Below, piece by piece: positions 22,015 to 35,500 of a DNA stretch of 64,000 bases. The stretch's first letter is position 1. Each line of letters starts with the position of its first letter. The position numbers and the translations under genes are program-made. The stretch is taken from positions 13,764,001-13,828,000 of the forward strand of contig CM119378.1 in the NCBI GenBank assembly GCA_051294905.1, given 5' to 3'. The DNA is from Botryllus schlosseri (taxonomy: Eukaryota). The notes below the pieces were generated by a model. It was given only the letters and a program-made list of their open reading frames with translations. It was not told where the DNA came from and searched no databases.

Positions 22015-22653
22015 TCAACCGCTATTCACAAAATTGCTAAGCAATATGGCAAACACAGCGACGCCGGCGAGGACCGCAAGGTTTAAAAAACCCGGCTGCG
22101 TTTCAGCCGTGCGGCTCGGTTCCAAAGGGTCTTCGACATCGTTCGATGTGCTATTTTCGATCCTTTCCACGAGATCGGGGAATAAGTTGCGAAAATTAGA
22201 GTCACGTAAATTAAACTGTCCGCTTCGTCTCGCTAATTTTCTCTTCATGAGGTCCGACGTTTCGATTGAACCCAGTGTCGGAGTCGTTTCCACCATGAAA
22301 CTTAAGAGTCCAGTTAAGATAGTGCCCACTGACCAAGCCGGATTCCAAGTGTCTGGGTGAAAGTCGCTGATCGATAGACAGAGCCTTGTGTTGCACTTGA
22401 AACGGCCCGACGGCGTCATCATGTAGATTGACGGTGGCTTGAAAGGGAATTCGGTAGGAAAGACAAGCTTGCCGTGGTACAGCCCGCCGTCATATGGGGT
22501 ATCGCTTGGCCCGACTACCACGTAGTGCCACTCGAGGATATTCGAAGACAACGGTTCCGCTACTATGAACGGCACAGGGTCCCTTTTCAGTCTCATGTAA
22601 TCCTGCTTCAGGCGCTGCGTAGCTGTCCTTGGAGCAATACGTTTTTTATCCAT
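22015..22653 (-). CDS. UBE2J2: ER-anchored ubiquitin-conjugating enzyme E2 J2 (Ubc6), single coding exon, 212 aa
   Basis: ATQRLKQDY..DPVP...EPLSSNILEWHYV...YHGKLVFP.EFPFKPPSIYM.TPSGRFKCNTRLCLSISDFHPDTWNPAWSV is the Ubc6/J2 signature with the catalytic Cys in LCLS. Hydrophobic C-terminal tail anchor. Confidence 0.96.
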   Translation of the reverse strand: MDKKRIAPRTATQRLKQDYMRLKRDPVPFIVAEPLSSNILEWHYVVVGPSDTPYDGGLYHGKLVFPTEFPFKPPSIYMMTPSGRFKCNTRLCLSISDFHPDTWNPAWSVGTILTGLLSFMVETTPTLGSIETSDLMKRKLARRSGQFNLRDSNFRNLFPDLVERIENSTSNDVEDPLEPSRTAETQPGFLNLAVLAGVAVFAILLSNFVNSG

Positions 22654-24032
22654 TTTCAGAATAGTATGTTTTTCTGTATCAGGTCAAAGTATCGATCACA
22701 CGTTAGTTATTCAGAATCACAATATTACATTAAAGCGCGGATTTAATGAAGGTCTGGAACTCACGAATTTTGAAACGCAACTCGATCCACCAACACCGAC
22801 CTATACTAGCTCTGGACGTTATATTGGGGTTTGTAAAATACTTGATACAGATTACACATTACAATGAACAAATTTGCTAACTAAATTTTACGCGACTAGA
22901 ATATAAACAGAATGATCGGTTTTCAAGACGCCATTTGACTGGCCGTGACTCTGATACCAATATTAAACACATTATTTTAACTAAAAAGTGGCGCGTATGG
23001 AGTCACAATGTACAAGTCGAAAATGGGAGGGGACGACGCCCCAGCTATGACAACCTACGGCTAACAGCAACAAAAATAATTCCGATGCGATTATTTGGAT
23101 TACAACGACTGGAAGTTGATACTGAAGTATACAAGTATTCCGGAGAGGTCATATGTCGCATGACGTTGAAAAGGGTATTCATCAAACTCGGACTGACGTG
23201 TATTTAATGTAGATTTACGAAACTGACTAATCAATCATTCTCGCAATTTTTTTACATCTGGCTATTTTGCTCTAGTTACTGAAATTTTACTTCCGTTGAA
23301 AATTTTTCAAAGAAAGAAAGAAAAATATTCAACCAACTCCACATTGTCACACAATGAGTGACACCACTGCCCAAACAGAACAAGTAAGTTAAAGTATAGA
23401 TTAATGGAAAACAATAAACCTATATGACAATGAATGACAAGAACTATAACACTATACAGCACTGAACACTATAACCCACGTAGGTTAGTGAATAGGCTAC
23501 CATAAATAAAGTCTAACGTGCGGACTCGGATTCTCTATTCATGATCCGCATCTTATACGATTGTGTCAACCATGTCCGACGATACAAACATCCAAGCATA
23601 ACAGAATTAAGTTAATATAAAGAATGAAGTCATAGTATATCAATTACCTAGTTCGGACGGCAACAGACATCTTTGGCTAGCCTGCACACTGCACAGTGCA
23701 CATTTCACTATCGAATGTGACGGTCAAAATCGAAAACCTGACTTCCAATCCTACTAAAGATTGGCTACATCTTCATCAGCGCGTTCTTACTCGTCTCACA
23801 GCAGGTAAAGGTATACTGTACTATCACTGGTTCACTGCGGTGAGTAACGCATGCAATAGCTTATTTATTATTGCGTAATCCATGCCCTTACGCCAAATCG
23901 CTAAGTTGTATTGTATTCTGCACAGCTCAGTGGGTTGAGCAAATATTGCTGACGCTTTAGCATTTTGAGTTGATAGCATTCACGGCGAGTCGAACCTGCT
24001 TGTTGCATACATGTGATCTTGTTGACTGAATT
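22654..24032. promoter_or_regulatory. Divergent (head-to-head) intergenic region between UBE2J2 and SORD; probable bidirectional promoter and 5' UTR exons
   Basis: Gene orientation, plus strong plus-strand splice signals at 23384 (GTAAGT), 23801 (AG), 23840 (GTGAGT) and 23925 (AG). No TSS evidence. Confidence 0.45.
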
Positions 24033-25462
24033 ATGAAGAACTTGGTAGCGCTCGTTGACGGGAGTAGAAATATTCATTTGGTATGTACTACGTACTTTTT
24101 CAAAGTGACGTTGATATTCATTGTTGGGAAATTCTAGGAAACGCGTGACGTTCCGGAGCCGGGCCTTAATGGTATGATCAATCTGTGCTCGCTTATATTA
24201 TTCACTGAAATTACACGAGAATTCGTATGACATTAACAGAAGTTCTCATCGAGATAGCCTCGGTTGGTATTTGCGGATCCGACCTCAAATACTGGGCTTA
24301 CGGGAAATGCGGTCGCTTTGCCTTGGATGGCACTCAGATGGTGATTGGTCATGAGGCAGGTGGAACGATCGTCGCAATAGGTCAAAATATCAAGCATCTG
24401 AAACCTGGAGATAGAGTAGCCATTGAACCTGGCGTTCCTTGTAAATCATGCGAAATCTGTAATAACGGGAGGTACAATCTGTGTCAGCGTATGAAGTTTT
24501 GTGCAACACCACCCGTAGATGGAAACCTGTGTAAATACTATGTGCACGACGCAGATTTCTGCTATAAGTAAGTGGTGATAACAGTTTGCCTCCGTATTGT
24601 TGAGTAGACGCTCGTTCTCATACTAAATCGTTCAGGATTCCGGATAGCATGACAACCGAGGAAGCTGCAATGCTTGAACCGCTGAGTGTCGCTGTATACG
24701 CGTGCCAAAGGGGTGAAGTATCGCTTGGTAATTCAATTGTTATCTTCGGAGCAGGACCGGTTGGCATTCTGTGTGGGCTAGTGGCGAAAAGCAAAGGAGC
24801 CGCGAACATATGCATCGTGGGCAAGTCGATAACATTCCATAGTGTTAACCACGACACGTAGTTGACCTCGAATCATTCCCCAGATATTGACAGTGGCCGA
24901 CTGAATAAGGCCCTCGAACTCGGCGCTGCACATACAGTTCATTGCTGTAAACCAGGCGAAGACCCACAAAAAGTAGCATCTGACATCCTTTCAACAATCG
25001 GGTCGGCGATGGGACCGCACTGTTCCATCGAATGTAGTGGAGCCGACAGTAGCCTCAGCACTGGAGTATACGTACGGTGGCAGTGCCGCGTCTAACAGCC
25101 CCGTTCAAATCACTCAACTGTCGCATTACAGATCACCAGGCCCGGTGGATGCGTAGTCATGGTCGGGAGAGGATCAATGACTCCATCCGTGCCGATGGTA
25201 TGCGCGGCCACCAAAGAGGTAGACATATTCGGTGTATTCCGTTATGCAAACAAGTAAACGAACTAACCACGTTTAACCTTTGCTACACTAAACTCATCCA
25301 CCTTGCAGCTATCCTCAAGCCCTAGCGCTGCTTTCATCAGGAGCAATCGACGTAAAGCCGTTGATAACTCACCGATTCACCCTGAACGATTCCGAAAAAG
25401 CCTTCGAAACCGCCGCCGACTCCAAACAGAAAGCAATCAAAGTCATGATCAACTGCCAGTAG
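24033..25462 (+). CDS. SORD: Sorbitol dehydrogenase (zinc-dependent MDR family), 7 exons, 352 aa
   Basis: Exons 24033-24080, 24138-24171, 24240-24567, 24636-24820, 24884-25071, 25132-25253 and 25309-25462 join in frame (1059 nt). Motifs [53 protein letters not shown]. Introns 55-68 nt; intron 4 is GC-AG. Confidence 0.93.
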
Positions 25463-26324
25463 AATTTCATCATTGCAATTTCATTTTAATTGAAGGAAGA
25501 ATAGAAAAATAACAAGCATCGATGCGAGTCACGTTTGCGTCAGAGAGGACTCGGGGTGGCATGCATCTATGCTTTCGGGAGGAACGCCGCCACATTATGC
25601 AGTTTCCTATCAAGAATTCATTCTAAGTAGACGTTGTAAGCATAACAAATGATCGGAGTGCATCAAACCCACTATTGGCTCATTATATAATAGCTAAATT
25701 CATCGTACAAGCAGACAGTCATTTACGAAACGTACATCACGTCCGTAATATTGTATAACACCTCGGTTCTATATGTATTCGGTTTCGAGGACTAAAAGCG
25801 TCTCTACAGTAGCAGTCGACGACCAAACAGTCAAGATTTCAGACCTCAGCAACTAAATCCCAGAAAATTGAAATTAGTGCATATTACTATTGAATTTACA
25901 AGCTCTTCCAAAAATATATTGCAAAGTGCTCGGAACCGCGCACAGCCGAACCAAATCGACGCCTCGGGCCCACGTTGAAAGAAAATATATTGCAGATCAA
26001 TCTCATCGGTGTGAAGCGTGGGTTTAGTCATGATAGCTGTACACAGAGAATAAGACGCAGTGGCAGGCAACATATACCTGTAATTCGGACCCGCAACTTC
26101 CTTGTCATATGAATCATATGAAATGACGACATCGGGAAACTGTCGTTTGCAGCGCGATAGGACAGCTCCGCCGATGGCCAGAGCGTAGCAGTGTTCAAAG
26201 CAGGCAGTGCCATGGTCGGATTACGCAAACACAGTCACGGTGGCTGCCCGCATCTCTCTGTAGCGATAGTGCTACATTCCCAGGACGAATCTGGCCTTTG
26301 CGCAGGCCGGGCGGTGATTGAATA

Positions 26325-26511
26325 TCACTTTTCGTTTTGATTGTAAAAAATATAAGCAAATTGTTCTATGCACGTTATGAGCACGTCCTTTAAATGCGGA
26401 TGGTTGAAGCCTTGCGGGCCCTCCCCGACGTCGGGCCGGAAGATTGTCGGCCACCAGCACGTCGCCACGTTCTCGCTGTTCATCTTGTTTGCGTTTTCGT
26501 GCTGACATACA
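26325..26511 (-). CDS. ARHGAP35: p190RhoGAP last coding exon (RhoGAP C-terminus)
   Basis: VCQHENANKMNSENVATCWWPTIFRPD...IEQFAYIFYNQNEK*; corresponds to [20 protein letters not shown] of p190. Confidence 0.92.
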
Positions 26512-29500
26512 CTGCAACAAGGCAAAAAACAAATTACATTACGTCGTCGCAATATATTTGAACCAATGTCGCAATGCAGCGACCATCAACACCATCTACT
26601 ATGGTCGTCTACACCAGGCCGATATTGCCTATTTTTGATTCCGTAGCTGCCAACTTCTAGTACGGCCCACTTCCATCCAGGCTGTTTTAAGACGCCGCTT
26701 ACGTGGATGAGATGGTGACGAGGAGCCTAGAACCCGCTACCCATTGGTGTTGCAGCTGCGCATCATACCACTACGCTATCTAGCCACATGCATTAAATCG
26801 ATGGTGGCTGCTTACGAAATGACAAGATGCATCATCGCGACTGACTCAAGATGATGGCACTTATACCCAGATACAATCTCCAAAAATATATTCAACAGAT
26901 ACCTACATGGCTGTTTCACACGGTACTCATGACAATATTACGCTTAAAAGTTGAACAAACTTAGTAAAGCAGTTCTGGCTAAAAATGTTCAACTAAAAGT
27001 GGAAGTAGACTGAAACTACTCGCGTATGCCTGCTTGGAAAAATGTAAGTATGTCATTGCTGACCATGACCACCTCCAGGGAAAAATGGTATCTCAATTTC
27101 TCAACATTGTATGATAGCAACTGCAAAAGCAAACTTACGTGTTCAGGTGAGTGCAAAGATATTTAAACGTGACGTAGTTGGGACTAGGTAACTTCCTTAC
27201 TACTCCGCGCACAGCCAAATTTCGCATCGAATCGGGCATTTCTGTAAAGGTAAAAAGACGACGATGGGAACATTTCGTTAAAACTCAAGGCTGGTACAAA
27301 ACTCAAATAGAGTTGAAAAAATTCTTGATCGACCGATATTACGACAAAATAATGGTAAATACGGCTGGGTCACTGGTTAATTCCTACGCAGGACAGAGGC
27401 CGGAATGTTTCCAACTATAGCAAGGATCTGGGAAGATCGTGATTACACATGTATCTACGACAGGGGTGGGCAACCTGCGGCCGCATGCGATCTTAGAAGG
27501 AAATTGGTGCGGCCGTTGACACGCAATTCAATTAGTATGCGCTGGTGGCCGTCGACATGCAAATTGAATTTACGAATCGACTCCCAAATTTTTGTGAGAT
27601 CTTAATTAATCTCGATAATTTCTTTGCGCAATTCAATGCGACTGCATTTGTCAATTTTAATATAGCAGCGACCCTTGCAATTCGAGTCGCACAGTACAGA
27701 TGCGCCCCACAGAGAAATACCATCTTGGAATCGTATGCTCCTCACGAAAGAAATTAGCTTCTGGTAAGTTTCAGAGATTCCAATATATTTCTACTATACC
27801 GACAATCCTGATGGGAGTTCAAGAAATTACAGCATGCAACTAAGTGACTAATAACAATTGGCCCACCCGAAGATGCATCGCCATTTATAACGAGCTCTAA
27901 ATGTTCGAAAACACTACCTTCATCAACTCTTCCGGTGAATCTGATCATATGGGCTGAGAATCGATAAATGTTTGATAGTCATATGTGAAACTACTAGCAT
28001 AAATGACGAAATGCAATCGTGAATCTGAAAAATTTTACAGCTTCGCGCGAACATAAATAGTCCCGGTAGCTGTTCATAACATAGCCACTCGCGATTTCGG
28101 TGCAGATAGTGAGTTGATATCAATAAATAGTTAAGTTTGGAAATGGACATATTAACGTGGTTGTTAGGCGTCCAGTTAGTTCATTACGACCATGCCGTGG
28201 AATGCGGACTTGAATAGCACAAAGGTAGGCCACCCCTGATCTATGAGATAATCCCAGTTTTTGCCTGATAGTAATTCCATGGAAAGACATTAAAAAAGAA
28301 CAAGTGACATGAATGGAGTACATTCAAGCAGTCACTGAGATCCATGTCCGCATTCAGAGTGAATACGGAGTCTGCAGCATGTACAGTACAGTCATACACA
28401 CAAATGGATTATGCCAGTGACACATTTGATCACGTTGCGGAAAGACCAAGACCGCTAAATTCAAGCACAATAAAATGAGAATAGGGAACGCCATTCAATA
28501 CAGCAGCGTTTACACAGCAGTCATTCATCACTTCCTTCTGTCTCAATCCATACACACACTAACTGTGCATTCACAATTTCATGGCCATTGTGAAAATGGT
28601 ACTGTGTAATAGCTCAAAAGGAAATGGCTTCTACTAAACCACTCTTGAACCATCATAATTATCGCCGTTAGTACTAGTACATAAATACGGCTGCACGCAG
28701 CAGTGGCGCAAAATTCCTCTACAAGCGGCATTGACAGAGCTAACACCAAACGAAACATGACATAAGCAAACAGCAGACACATACTTATGGCTTCTTCTAA
28801 CTCTTCGTGAAGATGTGAAGGTATGAGCGGTTCGGGGAGATTTTTATGACTGAAAAACCAAGTCAAACATCCGGCAATGGTCTGCACAGTGACTGATAAA
28901 CTCGACAAGTCCACGCTATGGTCTGAACGGAAGAAATAGCTTCGTAAACGATAATATATCACTTTTTGTGAACACACAGATAATTTACCTTCATCAAACC
29001 TATTCAAGACATTCTCCCGTTCTTTCGCGTTTGCAGGTATTCGGTACAACCCTTCGTTCGATATACCTGAAACAGAAGTAACAATGTTAATCGGTGGAGA
29101 TAGGCGAGTCACGAGTCAGCGGTTATGTGGCTACACCTTTAGTAGTTCAAATAATATCAAGCGATTACATTGATCAAATTTTGGACAGCAATAAATTCAA
29201 TACGACTAACTATACGAATACGGCACAGGTACTTTCAATACAATCTCTGACGTTCGACAAAATTAGGTGTTGGAATCAAAGCTGGTTAGGCTGTGAGGCA
29301 TAACTACTCATGCCAATACGTAGATATATGGTCTGTTTATTCGACGTAACGAGCTTGATTCTAGCTAAATACGGTTCTGTTCTAGTTTGCGTAATAATAG
29401 TGCATACTAGCACAGTAATCGTGCATAAATTCATTTCTTCATTATATAAACAAGTCATTCTTCCTCGTCACGTCACAAAAACCCTACTTGAAAGTAGGAA

Positions 29501-32500
29501 TTCAATCGCCGCAGTGATCCATCATAAACCATCGATACCAAGTACAAACAAAAGATGCCTTATAATAGCAGCGGGGGGGACGCAATCCGCACAGCATCAT
29601 TAAGACAACTCGCGTTGATCATGTCACAAGAGATGGATGATCCTGACGACGTCTGTCCGCCAGTAGTAAGTAATGGATATACTGTACATTGCAGGTTAAT
29701 AAACAATATTTGAACACGCCCCTAGTTTGCTCAGTGTTCACCCAATGCTATCAAGACAGGCTATTTCGAGACACAGTGATGATAACAGTTTTACATAGAA
29801 ATGAGATTGAGCCTACAATCACAAACTAGCCCTAAAACGCAGTCAAAATACTCACCGTATTGTTCAATATATTCGACGCATTTCTCCACAAATAGCGGCG
29901 TCATGTGGTTGAGACCCTGTATGATGTCGTCCAGGCCTCTATTAAAATACTCGGAAACATTGTGATTGTTGGGCACGACGGCTGTCCCGGTGGGATGCCG
30001 CCCGTGGTGCGCGCCCTTATTTTTGCTTTCCTTGATCTTTTTCTGCTGGTCCTTCTCCTGCAAGATCATGAAATTGATGAGCATTTGCATGGCGCTCCCC
30101 GACTGGAAGTTTGCGTAGGAATTCAGCTTTGCGGTCAACAGATATTGCATAGCAAGGCAAGAAAGTGGATAATCTCGGCGGCAAACAGTATTGCGCAATA
30201 TTTTGTACAAAAAAACAGATCTGAAAAGCACAGATAAAGTTTAGTTCCAGTTTTACACCCACACGTAACTTCACAAACAATAATGTTAAAACCAAAAGAA
30301 CCCGATATTATGATCTACAGACCGTACTGAAGGACTGGCTTTCCAGCATACACGATTAATAGACCGTAACTGAAAATAATGCTTGAATACCAATCAGAAG
30401 TTGAGTTGCTCACAAAAACTTGTAAATGCTGTTGTAAAAATGGCGCAATCTAGAAACGCAACACAATCCCAAAATGTTGCCTCTATTGATACACTGAAAC
30501 TGAGCTGTCAGCGTCTTCAAACGCTCATTACAGAATCGTTTCGAAATTATTGATCACCACAGTTATAAAAAGAGCGGCATAAGGAACTTCCTTCTACGCT
30601 GTAAGCCACAAAACGCTTGGCAAACAATCCACCTCCAGATACGCATTTCCTGCCAAGTACGAAAGCAAAATATGCAAGCGCAAGTGAAAAAATGATTCAC
30701 ACTGCAGGAGCGCAGCAATGACATAATTCTGAATGCATGCCATGTGATAATCACCAGATTAGAACAGCATAAGACAACATCACAGTGTTGGAATCAAGTA
30801 CTTGGTCGTCTGGTACTACGGGAAAATGTGCCGTGATTAGATCAGAAATACAAGTGGCAATAAAATAATCTAGCACGACGCTTGATGATACCGGGTATTC
30901 ACACATTCAATTGAGGAATGGCCAACATACTAAACCTAACAACATTCCGCGCCACGCTCAAACCAATATTAAAAACACTGGCTTTTGCACAAGGGATTAC
31001 GCCTTCGACAGGAAAGAATACGTTCGCAAATACTTCCTTCTGTTCTCCGAAACCTTCAAGATGTTGACCACTCCTTATATGTAACTCTGTATGCTTGTGG
31101 CCTGCGGGTGAGACAGTCCACATGGACATGATACACTCCACTTGATGAATAAACATAACTTACCAAATCACACTTTTGTCAAATTGATACACATCTATCT
31201 GCCGCATGGAAACTTGCCAACACAATTAGTGCAGCCGGGCAGGCATGTATTATTGTATATACGGACATTTCAAGGGTTAAGACGCTTGATACATAACATT
31301 ACACCTTTGTTACTTCACCATCAAAATCAACTTGAACAGAATGAATACAAGTCCAATCATATTGTATCAAGACAAGTGACATTTGAACCGATGAAGATAA
31401 ATTACAAATCTCCAGACAAGAACCTGTGCCTGATCATGTAATAGGCACAACATCACATGCAGATTCAATGTGTATTCCATATCCAAGAAATCATTGATCA
31501 ATGTCCATATAAGATGAGTATTTGGATTACAGTTTCGGTGATGAGTGAAACTACTTTGTTACTTCCTACTATGGTAAATTGCGCATAGCCATGACCATCA
31601 TGTATGACTATCAATATTTTGTAATGAGGAGATTAGACAATATAATGATTAGGCCTGAAGGACATTATCCTTGAATGGTGATCATGGAGGGATTACAAAA
31701 CAATCAAACTGATCACTGAAAACACATACAGCCTAATAAGGTTATTCAATTCATTCATTGTATTTCAAATTAGCATTAGTAGTTAGTACTGTATCATACA
31801 GATACAACCAGTCTACAGATTTTATGCCCAACGCAGACAGCATGAATACTAGAGCACCATACAAAATTTCTCAAACCATTCGCTAAATACTATGAATATT
31901 TGTGCTTCTAAAATAAGCACAAGAGCTGACCTACTAGTTAAATTTCCTATCATCATAACAGCACAAAATAAACATTTTGGCAGTAAGGTTGTCTGAGTAT
32001 ATCATATCATTGTAAATCATAGTGTAAGGATTTAAGGATGAACGTTACACAAATCCAGACTTAGAAATTTACAAGGTATCTTTCCTATACCAAACGGGTT
32101 CAAGATTTTGCCAGACTTGTCTGTGAATGTAAGAATCTGCATAGTAAAGAAAGAAAACACATGGGAGTTTGTATTGGAAAAGCAAACCTCATTAGTGTCA
32201 ACTCAAGACTTCTAAACAGTGATTTCCTGAACATCACCAAAACTTACTGAGCCATCTAGACAAAACTTCATTTACTCTGTGAAATGCGCAAGCACTCCCT
32301 ATAAGTGATCTTTACCTAATTATCATACAGCTTTCTAAAAACACCCAAAGAACAGCCTTCCCCTGAGACCAAGCATAAAATCTAAAACAGAAGACACCAA
32401 GTTTATATCTACATTCAGAGAAAGTGCTGCCCACTAAATTATTCAACAAGCACTCAAGAATGGCTTCGATTTAACTGCTCTGAAGAGACATGTGCTTGCG

Positions 32501-35500
32501 AGACAGGAGGGGGAAAATTGTACATTCATACTTTCGTCTGTCTGGTTCACAGCACGTACCCTTCACAGTGGCCACTCGCTGATTCATAAAAATCTCCACA
32601 GCTGTACAACTTCAAAATACATTACAAAATTATCTCCGTTACGCTTCTGAATGACAAATAATTTTGCAAGAAACAAGCCTCATGATTTGCATTCACAGGG
32701 AGTGAAAAACGCCAATACATCTGGATTGTTGCAATCGGACTTAAACTTCAGAAGTGAGTCAGTGAGATTGAACATATCACCCCGACCAAATATGGAAGCA
32801 TCTCAGCGTATTAAACAAATTTAGCTTCACACAATTGGAAGAACAGAGCATCCAAAACTTCCTGCACAATCGAAACTAAAAAAATTCCCCCTATATCAAG
32901 CAATACACCGAGCAAATACGTCAAGTTATCACTGTCGGCTTCAAAGTGCTTTGTTCTCTGCTATCCAGTGGTAATGTCCTTGTCTGCAATACTATCGACT
33001 TTGATATTAAATCTGGCTATTATTGACTCCACATATTGAGGGTAATAAAATCGTAGATTACCGTACTCAACTCAATCCAAAGAAAGTCTACAAATACACA
33101 ATCGAAAATATCATAATAGATAGCTTTTCAGCAAAACTATCTATATAATAAAGTGTCAAAAACCAAATATATTTACACCGCTAACCGTCAAGATTGAAAT
33201 ATTTGTATACGTAAGGAGCTGGAATCCCTTTCAGGCATGTACAACACAAAAATTTGATCACTCGGTTCCGTCTTCAGGCTACAAGTGCGAGATATGATGC
33301 ATGACTATCTAACGCCCGCAGGTGACAAAAGAATTTTCTACATGCTTGATCAAGCGGCGGAACAAAAAATGCCAGAAATTCGGCAATAAATCAAAATAAA
33401 AGGGAATTCAATTATGAATTAGTAGTGATACCTTTGAGAAAGGAAAGAGGTAGGTTGACCGGTAGGATTGAAATCAAACAGAACGCAAGACAAATGTTCA
33501 ATTAAAGGATTTCAAATTTTTGGTGACAAAATAACGCGTAATTTGTTGCACAAAGGTCAATTACTCGAACAAAAGCACTCGAATTATTGTTATTACACAG
33601 TGTTTCTCCATAGCCATGATATGTCACGAAGAATGTGAAGGTACGGTATATAATGCCATCTAAAGCAAAAGAAACTACCTATATCAGTAGCCGGCGGTAT
33701 AAGCCACGTAGATAGATCACAAAATTCGCTAACTACAATAGGATTAAACCAAGGTAGCCTGACAACAGCCCATGCATAAATAGCGTCTATTGAAAGAACA
33801 ACAACGCTTACTGCAAGATTCATAAACCCTGTAAACAAAACCAAAGGATGATTGATTCACATCATAGCTACATCATTGTGGGCGTATTTGACCCAATATA
33901 ACAAATAAACCAGATAAATAGCAAAAGGCAGGACCGCCTTGCCGCCCTGTCATTTCCTGCAATGCATAACTGAAAATAACAGCAGGATTGATTAGCAGAA
34001 AATGCGCACAGCCATTCAGTCACGAATTGATTTCAAAACCGCGCGCTAATTCAGTGCAATTTGAGATGTCTCCATCAACAACGGCGACAACGACCGGATG
34101 CCGTTTATGACGCCACACACTGCCAAGTCGAACATCGCAAATTGCGTTGCACTACGATTACACAGAGTCGTATTTGCAATATTCACGTGCTTCTCGCACG
34201 GGACAAACAAAGCATTATTAAGCCATAAAGAACGATACGACAGTTACGTAACCTAACGACAGCACATGCTTACGGGCACCGGTGCAACCAATCGGCTGTC
34301 AGCGTCGTAAGCGCGACGCGCCACTACGATTACGGACGAAATACTACGGCGCTAATTCGCGCAGTTCACAGCGGCGTCATCCGAAATCCGTATCGCGCAT
34401 CTGGCTGAACACTGGACGGTTTAACCTATTTTGTGTCATCGAAGATCAATATAGTTACTACTACTAGTACACTTTTGCATTATATGGACAAGCGCAGGCT
34501 AATGTACTTCTGAATCCAACGCAACAACAACGCAACGAAACTCGATAGCATCTAACCAGCGGTAGCGATAGCAAGACTACGCAACACGAATACACGCGGT
34601 CACGACAACCCGGTCCTGTGTATCACGATAGTATACCTTAACCTCACGAATATACAGAGTCATGACTACCTGGCCCCGAGTCAAAACACGAGTTTCCCTA
34701 AAATCGATAGCAACAGCGCATTGACAAAAACGCGAAACCGGTATTTACGGAATAACCGAGCATTGAAAATGATCCACTAACGCTACGTAAAATAGACGCC
34801 CTTTTCGAGTCACCTACACGCCGCAACATGATACTGCACGGAGAAATGACGGAATCGCAACAAGATATACCTAGCAAAATGTGAAATCTCGAGATACCAA
34901 GGCTACCGCTCTCAAAGGCTACCACTAATGTACGCGAGCCGAATACGTCACATCGCCGACATTTAGCGAGCCAAGTATTTGCTCAAGCCCAATAAATCCA
35001 TAGTGTTAGCAATATTACACGATGCGCTAGTGCCTAGTCGCCAAACCGCTGCGGCAACAAAAAGGTGGCTTTACTATTGATAACCTACGGGACGGCCGAC
35101 ACGCCTTTCACGGCCTCACAACCAGTAGCATGGAAATTACGCCTCCTTCCGCAGTTGTTAGCTTGACCTCGCACGCCTTACAAACAATGTCTGATACAAA
35201 GCGGCCGATTCTTTCTACGGTGTCAAAACCCATGTATATGGTCGTGTGGAGGCATAAAGAACAGCAAAATGTAAGACACAGTCTGGTTTCATGGGTTCAC
35301 TGTCGTGTCAAAGCGAAACGCGTGCAAGATCTGTATTAGTAAGATCAAGAAAATTTTGACGCAATGCTACATCGACATTAGTGATATAATTGTCCACCCT
35401 ATAGGTTGGATAATGGATATGGATACGATATGATGTCAACTACAATCAGACAATTGCCATCTCATTCCATCAACCAACGGGCTTCATTTGCGTTTCACAA

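Noticed and set aside
30400-33900. Nested gene in the large p190 intron (e.g. ORFs 30899-31156, 33593-33844)
   Set aside because: Short ORFs with no family motif and no consistent exon chain.
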